40,196 bases of DNA from a bacterium (GCA_021812425.1 JAKANM010000002.1:1-40196); one strand, 5' to 3'; positions 14,910 through 24,602 are shown, numbered from the stretch's first letter. Made by a program: numbers and translations. The notes: generated from the sequence alone by a model not told the origin.

Positions 14910-15827
14910 TTATGTTAAGCTGGTCGATTCAAATAACGGCTGGCCAGAAATAAAGTTGGCGGCGGTTTGCCCCTTTTTTCCTTCGAGTTGCAACGATAAG
15001 ATTTCAATTGCGCCATTTTTTGTGCCTACAAAAATTCTACGGTCGTTAATTTTTGTTTCACCGGCCGGAATTCGTAAATTAGAAATCTTTATTTCGAGTA
15101 GTTTTAATCTTTTGCCGTTCCACATGGTCCAAACTCCCGGCCAGGGTGATAAGCCGCGGTATTGGTTATAAATTTCAACAGAGGTTTTTTTCCAGTCGAT
15201 CCGTCCGTCATCGCGGGAAAATATTTTACAGAACGTCGCTTCGTTTTCTGTTTGCGCTGTTGGTGTTATTTTCCCGTTTAGATATTCCGGAAGAGTTTTG
15301 ATGAGCAATTCCTCAGCCGCCGGTTCCATTCTTTTTTGAAGATTGAGGTATGTTTCATCGGCCGAGATTTGGATTTTTGCCTGCGACAAAATCTGCCCAT
15401 GGTCCATTTTTTCGTCCATGAGCATGATTGTAATACCGGTTTCCGTTTCGCCATTAACAATTGCGGTCTGGATCGGAGAGGCGCCGCGATATTTTGGAAG
15501 TAGGGAAGTATGGATATTAATGAAACCGAATTTTGGCAGTTCTAAAATTATTTTCGGAATGATAAGTCCATACTGGCAAACTACCGACAAGTCCCAGTTT
15601 TTGGTTCCAAGTTCCAAATTTTTGAGTGATTCCGGCTGGAGAATATTTAGTCCGTGTTGCTCGGCTAAAATTTTTACCGGTGATTTCGAAATTTCATGTT
15701 TGCGTCCCGCCTGCCGGTCTGGCTGGGTTACGACGGCGACAATGTCATAGTTTTTATTTTTAATCAGGGCGCTCAACATTGCGGCGCCGAAGTCATGCGT
15801 TCCGAAGAAAATTATTTTTGCATGCAT
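14910..15827 (-). CDS. fmt: Methionyl-tRNA formyltransferase
   Basis: IIFFGTHDFG, HTSLLPKYRGASPIQ, and position downstream of def. Confidence 0.9.
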   Translation of the reverse strand: MHAKIIFFGTHDFGAAMLSALIKNKNYDIVAVVTQPDRQAGRKHEISKSPVKILAEQHGLNILQPESLKNLELGTKNWDLSVVCQYGLIIPKIILELPKFGFINIHTSLLPKYRGASPIQTAIVNGETETGITIMLMDEKMDHGQILSQAKIQISADETYLNLQKRMEPAAEELLIKTLPEYLNGKITPTAQTENEATFCKIFSRDDGRIDWKKTSVEIYNQYRGLSPWPGVWTMWNGKRLKLLEIKISNLRIPAGETKINDRRIFVGTKNGAIEILSLQLEGKKGQTAANFISGQPLFESTSLT

Positions 15828-15830
15828 ATG

Positions 15831-16319
15831 CTACTTTGGGTCAACACGCCGAAGGTCGGTGGCTTTTTCAATGTAGAGATGTCCGTTTAGGTGATCGACT
15901 TCATGTTGGATAATTCGCGCGAAAAAATTTTCAGCGACAAACTCGATCTTCTTACCGTTTTTGTCGAGGCCAGTGACTTGAATTTTTGCCGCCCGTTTCC
16001 TTTGGCCGTACATCCTTGGGATTGAGAGGCAACCTTCTTCGTCGGTTAGTCCGCGCATCGATAATTTTTTCCAGGTTGGGTTAAATAGCGCGAGATCCTC
16101 GCGCTTGTTTAGGTCGTTATATTCCTTGATCAACGTAAAAAGTTGGATTGGCCTTCCGACCTGAACGGCCGCGAGTCCGACTCCATTTTTGACATACATG
16201 GTTTCCACCATGTCTTTAATAAATTTTTGCATTTCCCGGCTTTTTATTTCATCCGCGGAAACCAGCGCGCTAGGCGCGTGGAGCATTGGATTCGGTTCGA
16301 GTACGATGTCGTAGACCAT
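15831..16319 (-). CDS. def: Peptide deformylase
   Basis: All three signature motifs are present: GVGLAAVQVG, EGCLS and HEVDHLNG. Confidence 0.95.
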   Translation of the reverse strand: MVYDIVLEPNPMLHAPSALVSADEIKSREMQKFIKDMVETMYVKNGVGLAAVQVGRPIQLFTLIKEYNDLNKREDLALFNPTWKKLSMRGLTDEEGCLSIPRMYGQRKRAAKIQVTGLDKNGKKIEFVAENFFARIIQHEVDHLNGHLYIEKATDLRRVDPK

Positions 16320-16325
16320 ATTTAT

Positions 16326-18185
16326 TTATAGACTAAGAAGTGTATTAGGGTTTGGGTCGACTTTCCAGTTTTCCGGGACTATCTTCATTATCGAACGTAA
16401 CTGCCGTTTATAGTCGGTGTAGGAAAGTTTAAGAATAATCGCCTGCCAATATCTGCCTTTTTGAATGGGAGGAAAAAGTTCCAGCGGCGGGGTTATTTTA
16501 GTATCAGTCGGCTCTTTAGTCAACCCGTTAAGCTGGCGGAAAAGTCGCTCGCTTTCCGCCTTACCGGATTCTTTAGTCGTGGCGCCAAGGAACAGTTTTA
16601 GTAAATATTTATAAGGAGGATAACCGAAATTTTTTCGCTGTTCGAGTTCAGCGACATAAAAAGCTTCTGGATTCGGAAGACTTGCATAAACCGGATGTTC
16701 GGGATGATTGGTCTGAACGTACAAAGAGCCAGTCTCGTTCATTCGGAAGGCCGCATCGTGAAGCAGATCCCACAGGTGTTCCGCCGAGCGGTATTCGGGA
16801 ACGAAAAGGGGAGTGTCGGCGTCGATAAATGCCATTAAAGAAATATTTTTCCAATTTAGATGAGACCAGGCAAGTTGAGTGCCGATTATTATTTGATTTT
16901 TTTCCGGTTTTATAAGTTTTAGGGTCTCTTCAGAATTTTCAATATTTATAATTTCTCTTTTGTCATCCGGCAGAAGTTTTTTGATTTCACGAAGGACCGC
17001 TTCCGTTCCCTTGCCATAGTACATTAAATTAACCCCGCCGCACCCGACGCAGCCCGCGGGCATCGGCTGAGCGATTCGGCAATAATGGCAGGCCATTTCG
17101 CCGCGAGATTCATGGTAGGTCTGAGCTTGTTGGCATTTGCTACACCTAAGGACGGCGGAGCAATCACGACACATGACATATGAAGCGCTGCCGCGTCGGT
17201 TGCAGTAGAGAAAGATACTGCCGTTTTTAGCGGCGGTAATAGCATCCTGAAGAATTAAACTGAGTGAGCCAAAATTTTTCATTCCGGTTTCGTGCCGCAT
17301 ATCGATGAGATTTGGAAAAAGAGGTCTCGGAAGAATAGCTTCCCTCTGGTGGTCATAGACATTGTGCCGCGCGAAAAAGTAGTTTTCAACTGTCGGGGTA
17401 TGGCCGATGATATGGACAGCTGCTCCAAAATATTTTGCCGCGATGATGGCGGCGTCTCTGGCGTGCAGGCGTGGCGCGGAATCCCAACTTTTATGGCTAG
17501 GACTCCAATCTTCGTCGATAATAATTGTTTCGAGGTTAGCGTAAGACATCAGAAGTGCCCGGCGAGTGCCGAGAATGATTTTCGTTTCACCCTGCCAGAT
17601 TTTTATCCAGGCACTGAATAGATCTTTGTTGGAAAGGTAGCTGGTGACAATGCCGATTGATTTTTGGTTCGGAAGTAACTCAACGATTTCATTAACATCG
17701 GCGGCTTCAGGTACGATGATGAGGGTTTGACCAGCGGTCGAAATAATTTTTTTCAAGTACGATTTTTTATCGTCGAGATTATTGTATATGAACAATTTTG
17801 GTTTTTGGAATATTTTTTTGCCGGTAATCGGTTCGGTGGCTTGAACAATTAATTTGTTCAACATCCTTTTTTGCATCGGTGGAAGAGCGGACTTAATAAT
17901 ACTGCCGAGGGAGGTATGGTATAGTTCTGAAATTTCCTCGAGAAATTTTAGGCTTTCCGGATTAAAAAAAGGTCTTTCGTGAATGATTTTGTTGATGTAT
18001 TTTAGATTTTTAATCGATGAGGTGTGTGCAAGCGATCGGACGACCCCTGACTCATTCTTGCTTCGAAGCGGGATCTCAACCAACTGGCCGATTTTGATTT
18101 TGTCAGCTAAGTCGTCAGGCACGACATAATCAAAAAAGGGGAGAGTAATTTTCCCCCGTTTGACCGGTACCACGGCGGCGATCAT
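16326..18185 (-). CDS. priA: Primosomal protein N' (PriA) homolog with degenerate helicase motifs
   Basis: The PriA layout and the Cys-rich region CRDCSAVLRCSKCQ...CHYC...CVGCGG are intact. IIIDEDWSPSHKSWDSAPRLHARD aligns with the DEEH region. Walker A and motif VI are not recognisable. Confidence 0.75.
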   Translation of the reverse strand: MIAAVVPVKRGKITLPFFDYVVPDDLADKIKIGQLVEIPLRSKNESGVVRSLAHTSSIKNLKYINKIIHERPFFNPESLKFLEEISELYHTSLGSIIKSALPPMQKRMLNKLIVQATEPITGKKIFQKPKLFIYNNLDDKKSYLKKIISTAGQTLIIVPEAADVNEIVELLPNQKSIGIVTSYLSNKDLFSAWIKIWQGETKIILGTRRALLMSYANLETIIIDEDWSPSHKSWDSAPRLHARDAAIIAAKYFGAAVHIIGHTPTVENYFFARHNVYDHQREAILPRPLFPNLIDMRHETGMKNFGSLSLILQDAITAAKNGSIFLYCNRRGSASYVMCRDCSAVLRCSKCQQAQTYHESRGEMACHYCRIAQPMPAGCVGCGGVNLMYYGKGTEAVLREIKKLLPDDKREIINIENSEETLKLIKPEKNQIIIGTQLAWSHLNWKNISLMAFIDADTPLFVPEYRSAEHLWDLLHDAAFRMNETGSLYVQTNHPEHPVYASLPNPEAFYVAELEQRKNFGYPPYKYLLKLFLGATTKESGKAESERLFRQLNGLTKEPTDTKITPPLELFPPIQKGRYWQAIILKLSYTDYKRQLRSIMKIVPENWKVDPNPNTLLSL

Positions 18186-18187
18186 AT

Positions 18188-18982
18188 TTAGATTATAAAA
18201 TTGGCCGTGAGATATCCTACGCCGAATGGAGCTTCGTAGGCATAGGATTCATAGCGGTAATTTACATCACGCAGTATCCCCATCAGGATGAGAATTGGAC
18301 GAAAACCACATTCCGAGGCCCCGTTGACGAGTTCCTTGTCTAGCGAGAGCAATCCGGCGGTATTGTGTGACGCAAGCGCCTCCTGAATTTTTTTGTCGAA
18401 AATTTCTCCGTTTTTATTAAAGCCTGCCGGCGCGTCGTTTGAAAGCGCGTGTGATAAGTCGGCGGATGCAATTACCGCTATTCGTTTATTACTTTTCATG
18501 ATCTGTTCTTTGAGAAGCGTGCCAAACTCGAGATGCGTCTTTTCATCAAATTCTGAAAAACTGACCGGTAAAATTTTCGTGTCAGGCAGATGTTTGGTTA
18601 AATATAAAAGCGGAACGACTATACCATGATCAAGCTTCGGCTCGCTGATGATCACGGTTTCACAGGTGTGATCTATATTACAAGCGGAGCGAATGTTGTA
18701 TGGTAGGGTAATATCGCCATTAAAAGAAATTTTGGTAGCAAGATCTCCAAATTCCTTAAGATCACTCTCGTATTTTGGCGCCATATTTATGGCAAAAGCG
18801 TCGGGAAAATGTTGACCGTGCGGAGAGATAATTATGATGACATCAGGATGAGCGGTATAGATATCCTCTTCTAATTTCAAAAATGCCTGGCGCGTGTGGT
18901 CAATTTTTTTAATTGCGTCTTTGCCTATTGCCGGAATAAGCAACGGCGGGTGCGGGGTGATGGCGGCGAAAACTAACGACAT
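18188..18982 (-). CDS. Class III extradiol dioxygenase-like (LigB / MEMO-like fold) protein
   Basis: N-terminal AITPHPPLLIP ... IIIISPHG pattern and 264 aa length. Confidence 0.55.
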   Translation of the reverse strand: MSLVFAAITPHPPLLIPAIGKDAIKKIDHTRQAFLKLEEDIYTAHPDVIIIISPHGQHFPDAFAINMAPKYESDLKEFGDLATKISFNGDITLPYNIRSACNIDHTCETVIISEPKLDHGIVVPLLYLTKHLPDTKILPVSFSEFDEKTHLEFGTLLKEQIMKSNKRIAVIASADLSHALSNDAPAGFNKNGEIFDKKIQEALASHNTAGLLSLDKELVNGASECGFRPILILMGILRDVNYRYESYAYEAPFGVGYLTANFII

Positions 18983-18985
18983 ATA

Positions 18986-21211
18986 CTATTTCTTTTTGTT
19001 AGAAAGAGTTAAATTTGAAGTAGTAATCCATTCGGCGATTTTATGTGGTTCCTCAAAACTTTTTTTGTAGTTTGGGTTTCCGAGGGTGACAACAACGTAT
19101 TGTTTTTTCGTCTTTTTGGCCTCGACTAGCATTATCATAACTCCGCCCGCCTCGTCAGCAGAGCCTGTTTTAGTCGCGAGAATACGGTAATCCCTTTTCC
19201 TCAGCGGAATGTTCGTGAGAATCTGGTTGGTATTCTTGAGGCTGTGCGTAGATATTTTATCACGGGATTTAAGTTCAGTATAGGTATAAGATGGCGAGCT
19301 AAGAGCGTCTTTGATGGTTTTGTTCTCCAGTACCTTGGTAAAAATTTTTAGAAGATCGCGGGTGGTGGATTTATTGTTGGCGTCCAATCCAGTTACATCT
19401 TTCACACTGGTGTAATCCGCGCCCCACTCCTCAAGTCGAAGACTGATTTTTCGGACTAAACTGTCTTCACCAACGGAGGTATTTTGAGCGACCAATCGCG
19501 CCGCGCTGTTGTCCGAACCGACAAGCATTGTATAGAACATGTCTTCGTTGCGGACTTTATCGCCATTTTTTAGATTCAGCGTATTGGCCCCGGAGCTATA
19601 TTTTTTCTCGTCATAAATAGTGGCGCCTTTTAATTTGAAATCTTTATGAACAGCCTCATAGGCTGTCATGAGTTTAGTGAGAGAGGCGATGGAACGTCTG
19701 GTGTCAATATTTTTTCCGGAAACAATTCGCCCGCTTGGATATTCGGCAACCAGATACGAAGCGGAAGCGGCTTTGCCGTACAGATCGGTCACCGGGGTTC
19801 CGCTGTCACCTAAATATTTATTGCGCGCCGATGTCAGATTGTTGTTCACAAAAATTTGGTCGCCGGTTGGGATGTTCATGGCAGTCAGCAACTTAATGGT
19901 GATAATGTTCGATTTTTTATAACCAAGCGCGAGGAATGTGTCATCGTCGGCGAGCGGGCGTTTTTTTCCGCTATCCATCACGTAGATAATATCGCTATCC
20001 TGAACTTGGATAAGGACGCCGTCATTAAATTTAATCGGGTTATCCGCGGTTTGGTAGGCGGAAAGTTCTTTTAGTTTGTGTTTTTCAACAGGCAGGGATT
20101 TGAAATTAGTCTCTAAAATAACCTGATCAATAATGGGGTATAGGACGTTGTCCTTCATGAGATAAAAGGTATTTGGAGCGTCGGAAATTTTGAAAATTAT
20201 ACCCTGCGGAGCAGTCGATGAGGTAGTGATTGGTGTTCCGATGTCGTATCCGACCAGATCTGATTCCGCGACATCGATCAATTCGTCGGGATTGAAACCG
20301 AGTTTTGCGATAACCGCGGCGGAGGCAAACGGTCGGAGCGTATCGTAGTCAAGGAGGTAGGTCGATGACTCGCTGTGTAAAAGCGAATAATTCGGGAAGG
20401 CGATTTCCGGTCCGATTTTGTAATTTTGCAGATCGATTTCGCTGGTTTTGATTGCTAGTCGCGGATCGACGCGCGTGATAAGGGCGGTCCTGCTTTTGAA
20501 TTCTCGGCGGGTGCCATTATCGATCAGCCAATAATCGCTTGAACTTGCGGATTGGAGCAAGGTTCCGTTTGGATAAACTTGCGAAAACCAGGTGTTCCAA
20601 ATGCGCCAAAAATTAGCGTTGCCGTGCAGGTGAGGAGTGTATGTGTATAAAAATGCGGTCGCCCAAGTCGCCGGGGTAACATCAGTATCGTCGATGCGGA
20701 TCGGGGTATCTTTTTTCTTAACCAACGGACGGTCCTGATTGTCATAGTACCAGCGGATGACGCCGGCTGTGCCGTCGATCTGTTTGCCCAAACCGCGATA
20801 TTTTTGAACTCTAGGATCACTGAGATAGCAACCATCGCAGACCGCGTATCCGGTGGCCCAGTCTAGCTGACGCTGAGTCGGTGAGTCATCGGTCACGAGG
20901 CTTTGTTCCTTTTGGAGCGTTACCAGTAAAAATTTAGGATTTATCTGGTAATTTTGGGAAGCAGTATAAATAATATCGGCGGCATTTTTCATCGTGCCGC
21001 TAGCATCTTCAAATTGTCCGGTTCGAATATAACTGCCTTTGTCGTTCAGAAACGCCTGAATATCGTTCCGATCCAGACTGCGGTAGTCTTGCATCTCCGG
21101 ATCTGAAATTATAAAAGCCGGGTTAAAGTCGGCTTGTGCGAGAACAGCGTTCGACAAAAGGAAAAAAACCGCCACTCCCGGAGTAAATTTTTTTATAAAC
21201 GAAAATAGCAT
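18986..21211 (-). CDS. Secreted D-alanyl-D-alanine carboxypeptidase (peptidase S11-like) with an uncharacterised N-terminal region of about 480 aa
   Basis: It has an N-terminal signal or TM segment. The C-terminal domain carries SLTK (SxxK), SDN (SxN) and KTG motifs. Confidence 0.7.
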   Translation of the reverse strand: MLFSFIKKFTPGVAVFFLLSNAVLAQADFNPAFIISDPEMQDYRSLDRNDIQAFLNDKGSYIRTGQFEDASGTMKNAADIIYTASQNYQINPKFLLVTLQKEQSLVTDDSPTQRQLDWATGYAVCDGCYLSDPRVQKYRGLGKQIDGTAGVIRWYYDNQDRPLVKKKDTPIRIDDTDVTPATWATAFLYTYTPHLHGNANFWRIWNTWFSQVYPNGTLLQSASSSDYWLIDNGTRREFKSRTALITRVDPRLAIKTSEIDLQNYKIGPEIAFPNYSLLHSESSTYLLDYDTLRPFASAAVIAKLGFNPDELIDVAESDLVGYDIGTPITTSSTAPQGIIFKISDAPNTFYLMKDNVLYPIIDQVILETNFKSLPVEKHKLKELSAYQTADNPIKFNDGVLIQVQDSDIIYVMDSGKKRPLADDDTFLALGYKKSNIITIKLLTAMNIPTGDQIFVNNNLTSARNKYLGDSGTPVTDLYGKAASASYLVAEYPSGRIVSGKNIDTRRSIASLTKLMTAYEAVHKDFKLKGATIYDEKKYSSGANTLNLKNGDKVRNEDMFYTMLVGSDNSAARLVAQNTSVGEDSLVRKISLRLEEWGADYTSVKDVTGLDANNKSTTRDLLKIFTKVLENKTIKDALSSPSYTYTELKSRDKISTHSLKNTNQILTNIPLRKRDYRILATKTGSADEAGGVMIMLVEAKKTKKQYVVVTLGNPNYKKSFEEPHKIAEWITTSNLTLSNKKK

Positions 21212-21220
21212 ACTCTAATA

Positions 21221-21229
21221 ATTATAGCA
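21221..21229 (-). promoter_or_regulatory. Extended -10 promoter TGcTATAAT, 9 nt upstream of the ATG at 21211
   Basis: The minus strand reads ...CCATGCTATAATTATTAGAGT-ATG, in the 61-nt gap after the clpB stop. Confidence 0.45.
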
Positions 21230-21272
21230 TGGTGGGCGGTTTGTGAATAGGGAAGTCAGCAGGAATAATTTG

Positions 21273-23921
21273 TTAAGCGGCGCGCTTCTTTGTGGCGAAG
21301 GTGAGGCCGGTTTTAGTGGCGGAAATTTCGACAGTGTCTCCCTCGGAAACAGCGCCGTTGATGATATTCAAAGCGAGTTGGTCGAGAAGTTTATTCTGCA
21401 TTACGCGCTTCAAGGGTCGGGCGCCGTAATCGGGGTTGAAACCGGCTTTGGCGAGAAACTTTTTGGCTTTTTCGTCGACCTCCAGGGAAATCTTTTTTTC
21501 CGCGGTTAGCCGTCGTTCAACATTTTTCAGTTGTAATTCAACAATCCGTTTGATGTCGTTTTCGGTCAAGGAATCAAAAATAATTATTTCATCGATCCTA
21601 TTTAGGAACTCCGGTCGGAAATGATTGTGGAGCTCATCCATAACTTTATCCCGCATCGAATCGTCGGCGGTTTTCTTGCCTTCATCGTGAAATCCAAATT
21701 CGCCGCGTTTTTTTGAATTTTGTATAAGTTGACTGCCAATATTGCTGGTCATGATGATGACGGTATTTTTGAAATTGACTTTGCGGCCTTTGGCGTCCTT
21801 CACATGCCCTTCGTCCAGAATTTGCAGGAGGATATTAAAAATATCATGATGGGCCTTTTCGATTTCATCAAACAAAATAACAGCATATGGCCGGCGGCGG
21901 ACGATCTCGGTCAATTGGCCGCCCTCTTCGTAGCCGACATAGCCGGGAGGGGAGCCGATAATTTTGGAGACGCTGTGTTTTTCCATGAATTCGCTCATGT
22001 CGACGCGCACCAACGCTTCCTCGGTATCGAACATAAATTCAGCGAGACTTTTTGCTAGTTCGGTTTTACCGACTCCGGTCGGTCCGAGGAACAAGAATGA
22101 TCCGATCGGTCGGTTCGGTTCGGAAACACCAGCGCGTGATCGGCGGAGCGCGTTCGCGACGGCTTTAATTGGTTCGGCTTGTCCGACGATGCGGCCGGCA
22201 AGAATTTTTTCAAGACTTCCGAGTTTACTACCTTCACTCTCAAGCATTTTTTTGACAGGAATTCCGGTCCAGCGGGCGACGACGCGGGCAATATCTTCCT
22301 CGGTTACTTCTTCCTTCAGGATGCCGTGTTCTTTTTGGGCAACGCTCAGCCTTGTCTCTTCCTCGTGCATGCTGCGCTGTAAATCCGGGATTCGTCCATA
22401 GCGGATTTCAGCGACTTTTTGGAGATCGCCGCGTCGCTCCTCGATTTCCGCCTGTTGCTTCAGATGTTCGATCTCGCGCTTGCTTTTGTGAATCATGCCA
22501 ATGAGATCTTTTTCGTTTTTCCATTTTACTTCGATAGCGTGCATTTTTTCATTCAGATCGGCGATTTCTTTTTCCAGTTTTGTAAGGCGTTCTTGAGAGC
22601 CGACGTCGGTTTCTTTTTTTAGGGCGCGTTTTTCAATTTCATGTTTGATTAGAGTTCGTTTCATTTTATCGAGCTCTTCCGGCATCGAATTTATTTCAAG
22701 CCGGAGCGCAGAGGCCGCCTCGTCGATGAGGTCGATGGCTTTATCCGGAAGGAACCGGTCAGAGATGTAACGAGAGCTTAGTTTGACGGCCGCCACGATG
22801 GCCGGGTCGGTGATGCGAACACCATGATGTATTTCATATTTTTCTTTAATTCCGCGGAGTATAGCGATCGCGTCATCCTCATTTGGTTCATTAATCATGA
22901 CTGGCTGGAAGCGGCGTTCAAGCGCGGCATCCTTCTCAATATATTTTTGGTATTCCTTCAGAGTCGTCGCGCCGATGGCGTGTAGTTCACCGCGCGCCAA
23001 CATTGGTTTCAGTAGATTTGATGCGTCGATCGCGCCCTCAGAACCGCCGGCGCCGATAATCGTGTGCAGTTCATCGATAAATAAAATAATTTTGCCGGCG
23101 GCGTTGTTGATCTCTTTCAAAACTGTTTTAAGGCGTTCTTCAAATTCGCCGCGGAATTTTGTCCCGGCCACTAAAGAGCCGATATCGAGAGAAATAATTT
23201 CTCTGTTTTTGAGCGAGTCGGGAACGTCGCCGTTCACTATGCGTTGAGCGAGTCCTTCGGCTACGGCGGTCTTGCCGGTGCCGGGTTCGCCGATGAGAAC
23301 AGGATTATTTTTGGTGCGTCTTGTCAGAATCTGCATCACCCTCCTAATTTCATCATCGCGGCCGATCACTGGATCAATTTTTTCCTTGCGGGCAAGGTCG
23401 GTCAAATTTTTGCCATATTTTTCGAGTACGTTATATTTGCTTTCCGGTTCGGGCGAATCAACTCTTTGATTGCCTCTGATGCTGGCGAGGACTTTTAGAA
23501 CGGAATCGTAGTTAATTCCTTGCGGGACGAGAATGTCAGCAACAGGATTTTTTACAACCAAAAAAGCCAAAAATAGGTGTTCAATGCTGATGTATTCATC
23601 GCTCATCTTTTTTGCTTCGTGAGACGCGTTTTGAAACAGATTCATGGTTGACTGGCTGAGGATAATTTGGCCGACCGAACCCTCATCCATGGCTGTTCCT
23701 TGCTTCGGGAGGTGATTGATTAAATTTTGGACGGCAGTTTCGAGGTGTGATGTATTGCCGCCGAGTTTTTTAATGATCGCGGGGACTGTACCTTCCTTGT
23801 CTTGTATAAAAGCCAAAAAAAGATGTGGCGGTTCGATTTGCGCTTGGCCATTTTCGTGGGCGAGGCGCGCCGCTGTTTGGATTGCCTCTTGTGATTTATG
23901 GGTAAAATTTTGTGGCATCAT
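21273..23921 (-). CDS. clpB: ATP-dependent chaperone ClpB
   Basis: 882 aa with two AAA+ modules (GEPGTGKTA and GPTGVGKTE), a long coiled-coil middle domain and a Clp N-domain. Confidence 0.95.
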   Translation of the reverse strand: MMPQNFTHKSQEAIQTAARLAHENGQAQIEPPHLFLAFIQDKEGTVPAIIKKLGGNTSHLETAVQNLINHLPKQGTAMDEGSVGQIILSQSTMNLFQNASHEAKKMSDEYISIEHLFLAFLVVKNPVADILVPQGINYDSVLKVLASIRGNQRVDSPEPESKYNVLEKYGKNLTDLARKEKIDPVIGRDDEIRRVMQILTRRTKNNPVLIGEPGTGKTAVAEGLAQRIVNGDVPDSLKNREIISLDIGSLVAGTKFRGEFEERLKTVLKEINNAAGKIILFIDELHTIIGAGGSEGAIDASNLLKPMLARGELHAIGATTLKEYQKYIEKDAALERRFQPVMINEPNEDDAIAILRGIKEKYEIHHGVRITDPAIVAAVKLSSRYISDRFLPDKAIDLIDEAASALRLEINSMPEELDKMKRTLIKHEIEKRALKKETDVGSQERLTKLEKEIADLNEKMHAIEVKWKNEKDLIGMIHKSKREIEHLKQQAEIEERRGDLQKVAEIRYGRIPDLQRSMHEEETRLSVAQKEHGILKEEVTEEDIARVVARWTGIPVKKMLESEGSKLGSLEKILAGRIVGQAEPIKAVANALRRSRAGVSEPNRPIGSFLFLGPTGVGKTELAKSLAEFMFDTEEALVRVDMSEFMEKHSVSKIIGSPPGYVGYEEGGQLTEIVRRRPYAVILFDEIEKAHHDIFNILLQILDEGHVKDAKGRKVNFKNTVIIMTSNIGSQLIQNSKKRGEFGFHDEGKKTADDSMRDKVMDELHNHFRPEFLNRIDEIIIFDSLTENDIKRIVELQLKNVERRLTAEKKISLEVDEKAKKFLAKAGFNPDYGARPLKRVMQNKLLDQLALNIINGAVSEGDTVEISATKTGLTFATKKRAA

Positions 23922-23933
23922 AGGTTGTTGGTA

Positions 23934-23960
23934 TTATCACTCGCATATATGGAGTGATAA
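23934..23960. promoter_or_regulatory. CIRCE-like inverted repeat TTATCACTC-N9-GAGTGATAA (putative HrcA operator)
   Basis: A perfect 9-bp inverted repeat with a 9-nt spacer. Each half differs from the CIRCE consensus TTAGCACTC-N9-GAGTGCTAA at one symmetric position. It sits 4 nt downstream of the clpB -10 box and 12 nt upstream of the clpB ATG. Confidence 0.65.
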
Positions 23961-23964
23961 AATT

Positions 23965-23993
23965 AGTATAACAATGCTAGCTTTTTTTGTCAA
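23965..23993 (-). promoter_or_regulatory. clpB promoter: TTGACA, 17 nt, TGtTATACT
   Basis: On the minus strand, TTGACA is at 23993-23988 and TATACT at 23970-23965, preceded by TGT. Confidence 0.6.
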
Positions 23994-23996
23994 TTA

Positions 23997-24005
23997 TGGT
24001 ACAAT
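23997..24005 (+). promoter_or_regulatory. Extended -10 element TGgTACAAT upstream of thpR
   Basis: TG at 23997-23998 and TACAAT at 24000-24005, 31 nt before the ATG at 24037. There is no good -35. Confidence 0.35.
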
Positions 24006-24036
24006 TTTAACGTATTCTTTAATTTGAATCTAAAAT

Positions 24037-24597
24037 ATGAGGATTTTTCTTGCTTTTCCATTACCAGAGGAGGTTAAGGCAGTGGCGCGAAAAGCGGTTT
24101 CGCAACTCGTAAAATCGTTTCCTAAATTGCCGGTTTTATGGATTCGCGACGAAAATTTACACGTGTCGATGGAATTTTTGGGTGATATCAACCAGGCGCA
24201 ACTTCTCGTTTTCAACGATATTATACATGATGAAGTCTCCAAAACACCAGCCTTCGAATTTCAGTTGGGAAAATTGGATTGCGTGCCGGACTTTATTAAA
24301 CCTCAGGTTCTCATTCTTAGAGTAAAGGAAAAAGATGGCAATGTCAGTTATGAACTACGACGCAGGATTCAGCAAAGGTTGATTGCAAACAAAATACCGC
24401 CGGATGAAAAATCATGGATTCCTCATATCACGATCGGCCGCATTAAGAAACCATCGGAGTTAAATGTTAATTTTTTTGAGCAATATTCGGTCGATGGTAC
24501 TGCCTGGAAAGCAGAGCAATTGGATTTATATAATAGTACGCTTACGCCGGAAGGGGCAATCTACGAAATGCTCAAAACTTTTCCGTTAATGAAATAA
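24037..24597 (+). CDS. thpR: RNA 2',3'-cyclic phosphodiesterase (2H family, LigT/ThpR)
   Basis: Two HxT/S motifs (LHVSMEF and PHITIGR) at the expected spacing; 186 aa. Confidence 0.8.
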   Translation: MRIFLAFPLPEEVKAVARKAVSQLVKSFPKLPVLWIRDENLHVSMEFLGDINQAQLLVFNDIIHDEVSKTPAFEFQLGKLDCVPDFIKPQVLILRVKEKDGNVSYELRRRIQQRLIANKIPPDEKSWIPHITIGRIKKPSELNVNFFEQYSVDGTAWKAEQLDLYNSTLTPEGAIYEMLKTFPLMK

Positions 24598-24602
24598 TAA
24601 TC

